Source: Felis catus
Taxonomy: Eukaryota
Assembly: GCF_018350175.1 (NCBI RefSeq)
Contig: NC_058383.1
Span: 4,216,001 to 4,280,000 of the forward strand
DNA: 64,000 nucleotides
Direction of reading: 5' to 3'
Position 1 is the stretch's first letter. The number at the start of each line of letters is the position of its first letter. Shown one piece after another: positions 34,017-46,206 of the stretch. The notes beneath the pieces were generated by a model. The model worked only from the letters and a program-made list of their open reading frames with translations, did no database searches and was not told where the DNA came from. A program made the position numbers and the translations under genes.

Positions 34017-35480
34017 CGGACTTCAAGTGGTACTACAAAGCTGTAGTCATCAAGACAGTATGGTACTGGCACAAAAACAGACACTGAGATCAATGGAACA
34101 GAATAGAGAGCCCAGGAATGGACCCACAAACGTATGGCCAACTCATCCTGACAAAGCAGGAAAGAATATCCAGTGGAAGAAAGACAGTCTCTGCAGCAAG
34201 TGGTGCTGGGAAAACTGGACAGCGACACGCAGAAGAATGAACCTGAACCACTTTCTTACAGCAGACACAAAAATAAACTCAAAATGGATGAAAGACCTCA
34301 ATGTAAGACAGGAAGCCATCAGAACCCTCGAGGAGAAAGCAGGCAAAAACCTCTATGACCTTGGCCGCAGCAGCTTCTTACTCAACACGTCTCCGGAGGC
34401 AAGGGAAACAAAAGCAAAAATAAACTATTAGGACCTCATCAAAATAAAAAGCTTCTGCACAGCGAAGGAAACAATCAGCAAAACTAAACCAATGGAGTGA
34501 GAGAAGATATTTGCAAACGACAGAGCCGATAAAGGGTTAGTATCCAAAATCTATAAAGAGCCTCTCAAACTCAACACCCAAATAACAAATAATCCAGTGA
34601 AGAAATGGGCAAAAGACATGAATAGACACTTCTCCAAAGAAGACATCCAGATGGCCAACCGACACGTGAAAAACTGCTCAACATCACTCATCATCAGGGA
34701 AATACAAATCAAGACCACAAGGAGATACCACCTCACACCTGTCAGAATGGCTAAAGTGAACAACTCCGGCAACAACAGATGTTGGTGAGGATGCGGGGAG
34801 AGAGGATCTCTTTTGCACTGCTGGTGGGAATGCAAGCTGGTGCAGCCACTCTGGAGAACAGTATGGAGGTTCCTCAAAAAAACTAAGAATAGAACTACCC
34901 TACGACCCAGCAGTGGCACTGCTAGGCATTTATCCACGGGATACAGGTGTGCTGTTTCGAAGGGACACATGCACCCCCATGTTGATAGCAGCACTATCGA
35001 CAATAGCCAAAGGATGGAAAGACCCCAGATGTCCATCGATGGATGAACGGATAAAGAAGATGTGGCATATATATACAGTGGAGTATTACTCGGCCATCAA
35101 AAAGAATGAAATCTTGCCATCTGCGACTATGTGGATGGAACCAGAGGGTATTATTATGCTAAGTGAAATCAGTCAGTCAGAGAAAGACAAAAATCATATG
35201 ACTTCACTCATATGAGGGCTTTAAGACACAGAACAGATGAACATAAGGGAAGGGAAACAAAAATAATAAAAAACTAGGGAGGGGGACAAAACAGAAGAGA
35301 CTCTTAAATATGGAGAACAAACTGAGGGTTACAGGAGGGGTTGTGGGAGGGGGGATGGGCTAAATGGGGAAGGGGCACTAAGGAATCTACCCCTGAAATC
35401 ATTGTTGCACCAGATGCTAACTAACTTGGATGTAAATTTAAAAAATTAAAAATGTCAAAAAAAAAAGAAAGAAGAAAAAA
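34017..35480 (+). mobile_element. 5'-truncated carnivore/felid LINE-1 (ORF2 C-terminus plus 3' UTR and A tail), disabled
   Basis: Fragments translate to canonical ORF2p motifs: [80 protein letters not shown]. Multiple stops and frameshifts. Confidence 0.97.
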
Positions 35481-36385
35481 TATTTTTCATAAGTAGACAT
35501 TAAAAGAAAGAGGGGCGCCCTGAGTCCCCTCCCTCCAAACCCAGGCAGGCTTGTGACCACTTTGACCAAAAGCCTAGGGCTGAACGACTGCATACGATAT
35601 CGGGGCTTGGTTGTGGAAGGCCACACAGCCCAACTTCCAGCCAGTTCCTGGCACCCTCGGGGACAGGCCACCAAGCGAGGAATCCAAGTAGCCTAGGGCC
35701 ACCGCGTGCAAGGAAGCCCGGGCCACACAAGCAGGCCACACACGGAGGTGCCCCAGCCCACAGCCCTGGCTGAGCGTCCCCACCCCGGAGCGTCACCTGC
35801 CGGCCCCACCAGCCTCCCCGCACCCAGGCCCGCCGTGCTCCCAGATGACCGCAGAGTCTGGGGTCATCTGTTCCCACGTAAGGACCGCAGGTGGGAACCG
35901 TGCTGGGCATCTTCCTGATTTCCCCACCTGCAAAATCCCGAGCTACACTAAGCTGGTTCTAAGCGGCTACGTCTTGTACCCATTTGTTACACGGCAACGG
36001 GCAGCCAGAACAGCTACGGGGGCCCCGTGTGGGATGACGCTGGAAACGGGGGGACGGTCGCCAGTACGGGCCGCACCGGACCCCGTGTACCCACCCCCTG
36101 GCTGGGGGAATTCTCTCCGGGCTGACCTGCCAAGGCGTGGAGAGAAAGCCAGCCACAGCGCTGACAACCCTCGAGGGTCTCTCCACCTCGCGGGGGCTGC
36201 TGCCCCTGGGAGAGAGAGCCCCCGGCAGGGCCCCGGGGGGAGCCGGGGGCCCTGTGTGCAAGTTGCCCACCTCTGGGCCTGCTCTGGCCTTGGCCTTTAT
36301 TTCATCTGCTGTGGAGCCAGGCCCACCTGCTCCTCTCAGCCTGCCTCCACGTGGAGCCTCCAGCTCCAGGGCATGCTGGAGGATG

Positions 36386-36547
36386 CCTCCTCCTCCTCCC
36401 CCCTCCTCCTCCTCCTCCCCTCCCCCTCCTCCCCCTCCTCCTCCTCTTCCTCCCCCTCCTCCTCCTCTCCTCCCCCTCCTCCTCCTCTTCCTCCCCCTCC
36501 TCCTCCTCTCCTCCCCCTCCTCCTCCTCCTCCTCCTCTTCCTCCCCC
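36386..36547 (+). repeat. Imperfect (CCT)n polypyrimidine tract
   Basis: ~160 nt composed only of C and T. Confidence 0.95.
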
Positions 36548-37469
36548 TAAAAATGCCTTTCAGCTGCCCTCTTGTGCCTGAAATTCCACCCTCAGCTCCA
36601 CCCTGGGGCCCAAGGCTCTGTGTGTAAAGAGCGGGGTGTGCAGAGGCCACGGCCACAGAGGCCTTGCGTGGATGGGCTGTGGTAGGTTCATCTCGGGGCC
36701 TCAGTGTCCCCTGTAAGTGAAGACAAGAAGGGGACAGCCTGGGGGTAAAGGACATTCTGGGGTCAGTCCCACACTCAGCAAACACGTCAAGCGCCTATTG
36801 TGACCCGGGGTGGGGGTGGGGCAGCGGTGGGTACGAGCCACGTGCCCAGGGCTGTGGGCTACAGGAAAGAGCCGCAGGACACAGTCACGGGGCAGGTGTC
36901 TATGGAAGTGTGGCCCCTTGCCCCCTGCCCGGAGGGCTTGCCACAAGCCACCCACTGCCCAGGAAGGGGGCAGAGCCTTCCCCCGGAGCAGGCTGGGCTT
37001 GAGGAAGAGGTCGTGTCCTTTTCCAAATGAGGCCCAGGGAGGGGAGGCCACTCGAGGTCACAAGGCAGGTGGGCAGCCCCTAGTCCCTGACCTCATGTCC
37101 ACTCAGGCACCCTCAGGCTCACTGGCCGGTCTCTGGGACTATTTGGCCTTCCGAGTCCCCCTGGCCTGTCACCTGGGGGTCGGTGCTCAGAAGTCCGAGC
37201 TGGCCGGGGGTGCAGCGGAAGCCACGGAGGGTTTGAGAGGGATGGTTTCATCTACTCTGTGCTGGGACTTGGCATGCATCACTAAGGGACCGTCCCCGGG
37301 GTACTGGCGAGGGGACAGTGGGAGAAACCAAGCTGGGGTGAGCCAGCTGCCCTGAGGCTGGGGGCTGGGGGGGTGCTCTCCAGGGATCTGGCCACACCCA
37401 CAAAGCAGCCCGGGTGACCCAAGGGCAGGACTCTGAGAAAGGCGGAGGTGTCAAAAGGACTCAGAGTCA

Positions 37470-37690
37470 GAAAGCCGGATGCAGGTTACCCGGAGCTGAG
37501 GGAGGGCGTAGGAAGTGGGGGACAGAGTCTCAGAGCGGGAACATGGAAAGTTCTGGAGTCGGACGGTGGTGACGGCTGCATAGAGGTGCGCACGTGCTCA
37601 ATGCTCCTGAACTGACCATTTAAAATGGCTGGAACAGTAAATTTTACATGGTGCCTATCTCACCAGAATGTTGTAAAACGTAAAAAGATA
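37470..37690 (+). mobile_element. L1MB-type 3' terminal fragment
   Basis: ggaaagttctggagtcggacggtggtgacggctgca...tgaactgaccatttaaaatggct...aaattttacatgg. Confidence 0.75.
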
Positions 37691-38469
37691 AAAATAGGAG
37701 AGGTGGTCTCTAAGGGGATCTAGGTGGGCACCGACAATGTCCAGCATTTTGCCTGCCCGCGTCAACAACGGCGCGCCGCCTGGACACCCCAACAGCACCG
37801 TAACACCCCCTGCCAAGTACCATCAGCACCCCGGGCCGCCGGCAGGCCATCCGCCGACCCCGTCGACGTCTGTCACCGGGTCTGTCGCCCGCCCCTGCCG
37901 GGCGGGATCGGCTGCTCCGTGGGCCCCACGAGGGTGGGGACGGGGGCAGGTTCGGCTCCTGCGGGGATCCAGCCGCCTGGAAAGGGCACCGTGCGGAGCT
38001 TAATTTGGTTCTTTTTCCTCCCAGAACCGGGTTGTCCCTGGAGACCTAATCCCTTCTGGGGATTTAAAAGCATCCAACTTGCCAAGGAAGAGGCCAGCTC
38101 CTGGCCCGGGGCGATGCCAGCTTCCCATTTTAATTGGAGCATTTTTAGCCCTGAGCAATGGTTCCCAAAGTCCTGAGCATTCCCCGCTGTGCCCACGGGA
38201 ACAAGGGACATGTGCCCGCTCTGTTCCCTGGGGCTCCCCACCCCCCACCTCCGAGCCCCTACGGCCCCGTTGGCTGCCCGTTCACGTGAGGTGCGGGGTG
38301 CCCTCAACCCCGGCAGGTGAGTGGCCACAGCCGGTCCCCCGCGAGGGCTGCCGGGCTGGGCAGGCAGGGGCCCCTCCTCGTGCCTGGGGCCCAGCCCTTT
38401 ACCCCTGGAGTGGTGCCCCCTACCTACTGTACGAAATCTCACATCCCGACCTCCACTCCGTGCCAGTGT

Positions 38470-38561
38470 GAGGGAGCATCCAATTGGCCCAAGACTGTCC
38501 CACGTTTCTCACTAAATGTCCTGTGTCCAGGCAGCCTCTCGGCCCGGCCAGCTGGTCACCT
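38470..38561. mobile_element. MER81-like hAT MITE remnant
   Basis: gactgtccc...cactaaatgtcctgtgtcc...gctggtcacct resembles MER81. Confidence 0.5.
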
Positions 38562-38584
38562 GCCATCACAAGCAGGTGGTAAAT

Positions 38585-38850
38585 AGAGTGGGTTAAGTGG
38601 CGTCCCCCCGCAAAAGACAGGTTCCCCTGGAGCCCTAGGATGCGACCTTATTTGGAAATCATCTCTGTAGATACAGTTAAGGTAAGGATGTCAAGTAAAG
38701 ACCATCCTGGATGAGGATGGGCCTAAATTCAATGACGAGTGTCCTTATAAGAGACAGAAAAGACACACACAAGGGGCGCGTGTAGGTGGAGGCACCGGAA
38801 TCTGGAAGGGGCCTGGAGCGCACTCCCCGTCGGAGCCTCCGGAAGGAAGT
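38585..38850 (+). mobile_element. MLT1 LTR fragment
   Basis: gaccttatttggaaat...gttaaggtaaggat...ctaaattcaatgacgagtgtccttataagaga. Confidence 0.75.
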
Positions 38851-41118
38851 GTCCCTGCCCCACCTGGATGGCAGACTTGGGGCCCCGCGGGGAGAGGGAA
38901 CACAGTGCTCTTGTTTTGGGTGACTCTGCTCTGCCGGCCCTGGCGGACCCCCCCCCCCGGACCCCGGGGTGGATGCGGGGAAGGGGCCTCGCTGCCCCTA
39001 CCCCAGCCCCAGCCCGAAGCCTCCCGAGGGCTAAGCACAGGACCTGTTTTCCATAAACACTCTTTTGAACTGAATTTCATCTTTCTCACCCAAGGAAAGC
39101 GTCTGGAAGGGAATGCCCAGACTCCTGTGGAGACTAAAGGGGGAGGAGCATGTTCTGAGTTTTGTGGAGGGTTTTTCCTTTTTTTTCTGGCATTCTCTGC
39201 CCTCCCTGATTTTTCTCTAATGCACATGGAGGCCATGGCTTCTGAGGGTGGGTTCCTGTTTCCCAGGGGGGCTCTGAGAGCAGGGAGTGAGTCAGGGCAG
39301 GAGAGCAAAGGTGGTGGTGGGGGTGGGGGGTGTTAGCAGCTGCCCTAGGGTGGACAGGATTCAGTGACAGGCTCCTGCCCTGCTCCCGGGACACAGGGTG
39401 GGAGGGAGGGGCGCCCCAGGCAGAAAAATCTGGAAGCCTGTGACCCCCAGGCTCTCAGCCATCCCCGTGGGGCCAGGGAGGGGAGGACATCCTCTATCCT
39501 CCTCCAAGGCTCCGGCTTGGGATCTACAAGTTGATCGACACAGGCTGGGGCCTCCCACCCCAGAATGGGGGGGGGGGGTTGGCCCATGTGGTCCCCAGAG
39601 GCCACAGAGCCCACCAGGCCAGAGGCATCCATGCCGGACAGGTGCAGGGACTCAGCGGCAGCAGCCCCCCCACCCCCACCCAACCTCGGTCCCTTCGCAG
39701 CATCTTTAATTTGCTGGTGTCGAAAATACGCTAATGGAGGCAGCGGGGACTTTGTTTAAAAAAGAGCAGGCCTCAGCGTTTCCGGCGGCGCTGGCAGCAT
39801 GCCTGGGAGGGGGAGGGGAGAGCGAGGGGCGTGTGGATTCATCTCATTCCTGCGTGGAATCGCTCCCTCCATCACCCGCCAGAGGCCCAGCCCGCCTCCC
39901 CCGTTCCCGTCCGACCTAGTAGTCACGTGGCCTGGGTCCTGCGGCCTGGCTGAAGGCCCAAGGGCCCCCTCCCCCTCCCCCTCCCCTGCCCCTGCCCCTC
40001 CCCCTCCCCAGAGAGCTGGGCCAGTCACCCGCCCGAAGCTCAGAGTGGGGGACAGCAAAGCCGGCACCGCCCAAGGCTCCTGCCTCCCTGGGCCCCACTG
40101 ACCATCGTGTACAACGGGGTTAGGGGGTCACCGACCGCTGAAGCGAGAGGCGGACTTGTCCACAGGCAGGTGGGAAGGGGTATGTGTGCCCTGCGTGCGA
40201 GTCCTGGGACGAGGTGGCTTCTGACGCAGAGAAGCTTCCAGGTTTGAGGGGTGGGCAAGACAAGGTCCAAGCTCCTAAAGGGCCTGCTCCGGCCGGCTGG
40301 CCGCGGCCCAGTCCTACAGAAGGGGAAGCCAGGTCGGGGACAGCCGCGCCTGGCCCAAGCGCCCGCCGGGTCGGGCCTATTGAGGGCAGAGCTCCTCCTG
40401 GGCACCCCCAACCCAGGCCCGTCGTCCCTGGCCTGCGCCCCACAGGGAAGGCAGGACAGCTGCCCAAGGCTGCTGGCAGAGGTGGCCGTGAGGGCCCCCT
40501 GGGGCCTGGTGGGGTTGGGGGGGGGGTCCCTCCTGGGGTGGCCGGAGGAAGCCCCAGGGGAGGGGCGACAGGCGCCCCCCCCCACGCGTCCACGCCCCCT
40601 CCTCCAGATTCTGTAGGCTCTGCTGACACCTGCTGGCCATCACCATAGCAACCCTGGCCGTGCCTCCCACACCCCCAGCAGGGGTGAAGGGAGAGGGTAG
40701 GCCCAGGGCACACGGGGGTGGACGGGGCCCACCGGGATCGGATGCCAATTCTAGGGGCACCTTCCCACTGTTCCCAGAGTGCTGCGCCCCTGCCCTGCCC
40801 GGCCTTGTCTCTCCTCCCCACCCCCACCCCTGCGCTCCCGCCCTCTGCTGCCTGCCGCTCCCCAGAGCCCAGCGTCTGCGCCCAGCCCTCAGTGGGCTCG
40901 GATCCTCCTCTCCTCGCAGGCTTCAGGGGTCCTGTCTCTGGCACCCTGACCCCTCCAGCCCCACTTGGACTGACAGAAGGCAGGAGGCGGCGGGGGGGGG
41001 GGTGGGGGTGGGGGGAAGGGGGTGCTCCCACTGCTTGTGCTCCCGGGGGTTTCCCTCCTCCGCACTGCTGGCCTGTTCACCTTCCCCCATCTTCTCCACG
41101 GCTGGGCTGGGCCCACCA

Positions 41119-41206
41119 CCCCTCATCTGGGCACCTGTCACCCCTCATCTGGACGGTTGTTGCCCTTCACCTGGACGGTTGTCACCCCTCGCATGGGCGA
41201 CTATCA
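41119..41206 (+). repeat. Degenerate 22-bp x4 minisatellite
   Basis: cccctcatctgggcacctgtca / cccctcatctggacggttgttg / cccttcacctggacggttgtca / cccctcgcatgggcgactatca. Confidence 0.8.
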
Positions 41207-42405
41207 CTGTCCAGCCCCAGGCCCTTGCTCTTCTGCGGCCCCCAAAGCCACATGTGTGTGTGCCCCACAGGGAAAGTCCCAGACCCTCCCTCAGGCCAGC
41301 CACTCTGCCTGGTGCTCCCGTCTGGGGGCTCTGAGTGTACTATTCCCGTCCCCAGAATGTTTTTCCCAGTTTCCTTTGTCTCTATTCAGCAAAGCCTTCT
41401 GGGACATTCCACCGCCTGTGACCTCTCCAGGTCCTACCATTACCTGGGGACCGTCCCTCCCCTTGCCATGGTGTCCCAGTGGCTCCACCATGATTGTGGG
41501 GGCCCCACTGTGCATGGGCTGAGCCCAGGACCAGCACTGGGAAGCATTTGCTGACCTGGTGCCCTCCCAGCCTTTCCCTCTTCACCCCCCTGCCACCTTG
41601 CCTGGCCTCTGCTTCCCTTGCCGGCTCTGCCCTATGGGATGACAGGGAGACTCAAGCCAGTCCTGACACAAGCCTGACCCCACAGCCCAGCACAGTCCCG
41701 ACCAGGGCTCACAGTCCTGGCCTCGGGGCCCTGCACTGGATTTTCATTCACAGACCCTTCTGGAGGCCGCCTGAGATGGCTCCTCAGTGGCGGCGGCTGG
41801 GGATAGACATTGGGCCACCTTCTCTATTGGTCCCTCAGGATGGGCTGGTGGGCCAGAAAGACTAAGAGAAAGGGCAGTACTCAGGAGCAGAAGCCTTGGT
41901 TTTGCCCCCACGGTGTCCCAGGCTCTTGGGCTGGTCCCCACCTCCAGGGCCTCAGTCTCCCCATCTGTACTTGACAGATCGGGCCCATCTGATCCCGACA
42001 ACTTGGTGGTGCCTGGGCAGACCCTGGTGGTCGAGGGGAGACCAGCCCTTCCTCTGGTGCACCCCACAGCCCGGTACCCCCGCACCAGTGCCCGGAAATT
42101 CCCTGAAAGCCCTGAGCCTTGGCCGGCCCCGAAGGGGAAGCTGGCTCCTCCTCTCTCATCTCCCTCCACTGCGCACTGACGACCACTCAGATGGCAGCAC
42201 TGAGCGCCTCCCGGTGCTCCTGGCCTTCAGGATGCTCCAGGGCGTCTTGGCCAAGTCTGACCACAGCCATGGGCATGTAACCAGAAGCCACATGTCAGGC
42301 CGGGAGAGCTCCGTGCACAGGTCAGCAGCCCAACCTAGCCCCCAGGCACCACTTCTCACCTCTTTCTCTGTTGGCCTCTCTTCTTCCTCTCTCCACCCCT
42401 TGTTT

Positions 42406-42515
42406 TATTTTAAGCTTTTGTTTTTAAGTAATCTCCACACTCAGTGTGGGGCTTGAACTTACAACCCAAAGATCAAGAGCGGCATGCTGTACCAACGGAG
42501 CCAGCCCCTGGCCCC
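42406..42515 (-). mobile_element. Short CAN-SINE
   Basis: gtggggcttgaacttacaacccaaagatcaagag...gagccagcc. Confidence 0.8.
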
Positions 42516-45373
42516 TGCTAATCTGTTAATCTGATTTCTCTCTGTTTCTCTGTCTCTGGCACTCCAGGCAGAGGGACAGACTGTGCAAAGGCCTTGTGGT
42601 TTACCAAGCACAGAGCAATAGAGGACTTGAAGGGAGACAGGCATGGCAGAGAGTAGAGTATACAGAGGCAAGGCCGTGAGATGGGAAAGGGACAGCACTG
42701 GATGCTGAGACTCAGAACAGGGTCATCCCCTTTAAGAACACACAGACTTGCAGGTTGACAGAGAACAACTCGGATCAGATCAGCTCAGCTCAGATCCACA
42801 ATAGTCATCACACATGTATATCAGAAAAGGTTTTAGCGGATGCCGTGTGTTCCGCAAAATCCCATCTGCCCCACCCCCATTCAGTAGTAGCCCCAAAGTT
42901 TGGGTAGACCCTGCCGGTCTAGGCAGATCAGGGTGTTCTCATCTCCCAGGTTAGAGATGAGATGATAGAAATTGGTTCAGGGGTAAGAATAAACAAGGCA
43001 TCATACAGCTCCGCTGGCCAGTAACCATCCTTAACTGAGTCCTTAGAGACACTACTTAGCTGCTGGATCAATCCTGACCTGAAGTCTACCATACCATTCC
43101 TTTATTGAAATTTGTATTCATAATAAATAAAAATTATAATAATAATCTTTATCATTAAGTCATTTTGCACTAGGTTTTCTATTCTTTTGTAGTATTTGCT
43201 ATCAAACACATCCTGGGAATGTGTTCTCCCAGAGACTCAATGTAGCAATGAGGCCACCTCAGAAGCCAGACAGAACAGTTTCCAGATGGCAATAAAGCCA
43301 GGAATGCCTCTCCAGTGTCAGGGAGGGTCAGGCTGTAGTTTAAAAAGCAACAGAAGGTCTGGGAAGTGTAACCCTTGGAGAGCAAAAGCCTGCAAATGCC
43401 TCAAGTGGGTGAGGAGATGGAGTCTAGGCCCCCTTGCTCCCCAGGTCTCCAAGTCGTGTCCCAGCGAAATGCCACCCCAGCCACCGCGCCTGGTTGGCCT
43501 GTGCCCACAGCCCGTCATCCGATTCTCCCAGCAAGCGTGCCACCAGCTTCCGCAACACCCGAGCCACGCTGGAAAATTGCCCACGAGTTAAAAGAGATTT
43601 CTTTCCAGCAGACATCGCTCAGGCGGATCCCAGCCTTATCTTCCCCTTCCAGAATGAGTGTTGTTCATTTCACTTCCTAAAATAAAATAAAAAAACCTAA
43701 ACCGCAAACTGAAAAACAGGTGGGGCCGTTTCAGGATTTGGCTGGAGCTTGTCTGGGAGCTGATAAGGAGTACCCGGTTGCCGGGCAACTCAGCAGAGAG
43801 CTGAAGGGGAGAAGTGCCTGGCGTTTCCTGGGCACCCCTACCGCCCCCCAAAAAGATAGCTGGGCGTGAGCGGGCCCAGAGCTCTGCGAGGCCTTTCTCA
43901 TTCTAGAGAGGTTTCATCCCTAAGTATTGGGGAGCCCAGAGGGACGGGAAGCAGGAGAGAGGAGGCTCCCTGTGCAGAAACGCTGAAACAATGTATTAAT
44001 GAAGCACAAGGCCGGGGTCAGGGTCCAGCACTTTGAAAGCAGTCAGTCCTGGGCAAATGCAAGTCTGACTTAGGAACCCAGAAGGGGGGAGCAGGATTTT
44101 CCTAGGGCTGCTGACCGACCTCCTGGAGACAGGTCTGCAGAGGGAGGCTATAGGGCTCTGCCTTGGCCCGCCTTTGGTCTGCTAATCCATCAATGATTGG
44201 CACAAGGTGTAAAAATCACCTGATGAAATGGACACCTGATCGAAAAAGCCAAGAGAGACAAAAAATAAGATGTATATTTAGTTTTACCACCACCCCCCAA
44301 ACCACCACCATGAGACCTACAAGGGTGCTCAATGTCGGGGGGGTTGCTCGTAGTTGTGAGCCCAGTGGGCTATGTTACTGAGAAAGCTGGTTGTCCCGCT
44401 GGGTAGGAGGGGGGAAGTAATGCCTTCCACCTGATGGTTGTGGGGCTGTATTAAATGAGATCACAGAGGGCTTAAAACGGCACCTGACACAGAGCGCGTA
44501 ACCCATAAATATAACCTACCACTGCTGTACTTATGATACAAGCTACGTGCATTTGGTATGATCATAAAAGCGCTAAGATGAAAAAGGCCAAGAGCTGTAG
44601 ACACAGGGGATGACATCTGCCACCACCATGCCTCCCTCCTCCCCTCTCCGTCCCCTCCCACACGCACCCCTCCTCCCACCCCTCCTGCCGATCTTAGCTG
44701 TTAGTGCAGTAGTGATGTCTCCTGTCATGAAGCCTGTCCTGACTCCTGCGTGGGGAAAACACCACTCCTCTACCCCATAAGGACTTACCTGTCCGTCTCC
44801 AGTGGCCTTCATCACCCCCTACCTGGGGATGGTTATGTCTACAGACACCTGCACGAGTCATTTGTGGCTGCACAATAAATTTAGCACCTTCACACAGGAA
44901 ACATTTATAGGCGTGTGCTGTTTTGACGGGGGGAGGCATCTAGGAGCCCCTTGACCTTGCGGTTCTGACTCAGGCTCTCTCACAAGATTGCAGGGGGCTG
45001 TTGCCTGAGGCTTCTGCTCATCAGAAGGCTCAACTAGACCGGAGGCTCCTCTTCTGAGAGGGGTCCCTCATACAGCAGGGAGTCGGCCAGAGGCCTCAGT
45101 TTCTCACTTCTCAGTTTCTGCACGGCTGCGTGAGAACCCTCACAATACGGGAGGGAAGCCCAGGCTGTAATGTCTTTTTTGACCTAGCCTCCCCTGCTCC
45201 TGCAATATCCTGCTAATGGCACAGGTCGGGCCCATCTGGGAGGGGAGGGGCCCCCGGGGAGGGAATCCCAGGAGGCAGGGATCATCAGGGGCCCTCCTGG
45301 AGGCTGGCTGACACAGCATCCTTTTCTTCCCTCTGGAACGTAAGTTCTAGCCCACAATTAATACCTCAACTCC

Positions 45374-45580
45374 AGGAGCGCCTGGGTGGCTGTCAGTTGC
45401 ACGTCGGACTTTGGCTCAGGTCATGATCACATGGTTCGTGAGTTCAAGCCCCTCGTGTGGCCCTCTGCTGTCAGTGTGGAGCCCGTTTGGGATCCTCTGT
45501 CTCTCTCTCTCTGCCCCTCTCTCTCTGCCCCTCCCCTGCTCGTGCTCTCTCAAAAATAAACATTAAAACAAAACCAAAAA
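45374..45580 (+). mobile_element. CAN-SINE with TSD
   Basis: TSD-like aatacctcaactcca / aataatctcaactcca. Confidence 0.9.
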
Positions 45581-45898
45581 ATAATCTCAACTCCATACCT
45601 TACACCTAGTTCATGTTAAATAAACGTGTTGGCTGAAAACAAAATGTAGGTGGAGGACATACTCAATGGCTGACACTACTTTGTTCAGTCAAAGCCCATC
45701 TGGCCTCCTTGGGCCCGTAAGGCGAGGTCACCCAGGCCTGCATGAACCAGGGGGAGGGGAGAGGATGATTCCCTGGGAGAGCAAAGCAACTTGGGGAGTG
45801 CGGCAGCCTCAGGAGGAAGGAGGGAGGGACCCTGGCGGTGAGGGGCAAGCTCATCAGTGTGGAAGACAGTATGGCGGTTCCTCAAAAATTCAACACGG

Positions 45899-46163
45899 AG
45901 GGGAGCCTGGCTGGCTCAGTCGGTATAGCATGTGACTCTTGATCTCAGGGCTGTGAGTTCAAGCCCCACGTTGGGTATGGAGCATACTTTAAAAAAAATT
46001 CAGGGGGGCGCCTGGTGGCTCAGTCGGTTAGGCGACCAACTTTGGCTCAGGTCATGATCTCACAGTCCATGAGTTCGAGTCCTGTGTTGGGCTCTGTGCT
46101 AACAGCAGGGAGCCTACTTTGGATCCTCTGTTTTCTCTCTCTGCTCCTCCCCAGCTTGTGCAT

Positions 46164-46206
<43 letters not shown>

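Noticed and set aside
33832..35215. ORFs with real protein-like motifs
   Set aside because: Broken LINE-1 ORF2 fragments, not a host gene.
35845..36785. Poly-Ser/Pro/Glu ORFs reminiscent of the TNRC18 serine tract
   Set aside because: Produced by a (CCT)n simple repeat upstream of the gene; no flanking TNRC18 sequence.
41119..41206. Regularly spaced repeats as a CRISPR-like array
   Set aside because: Contiguous degenerate units without spacers, in mammalian DNA.
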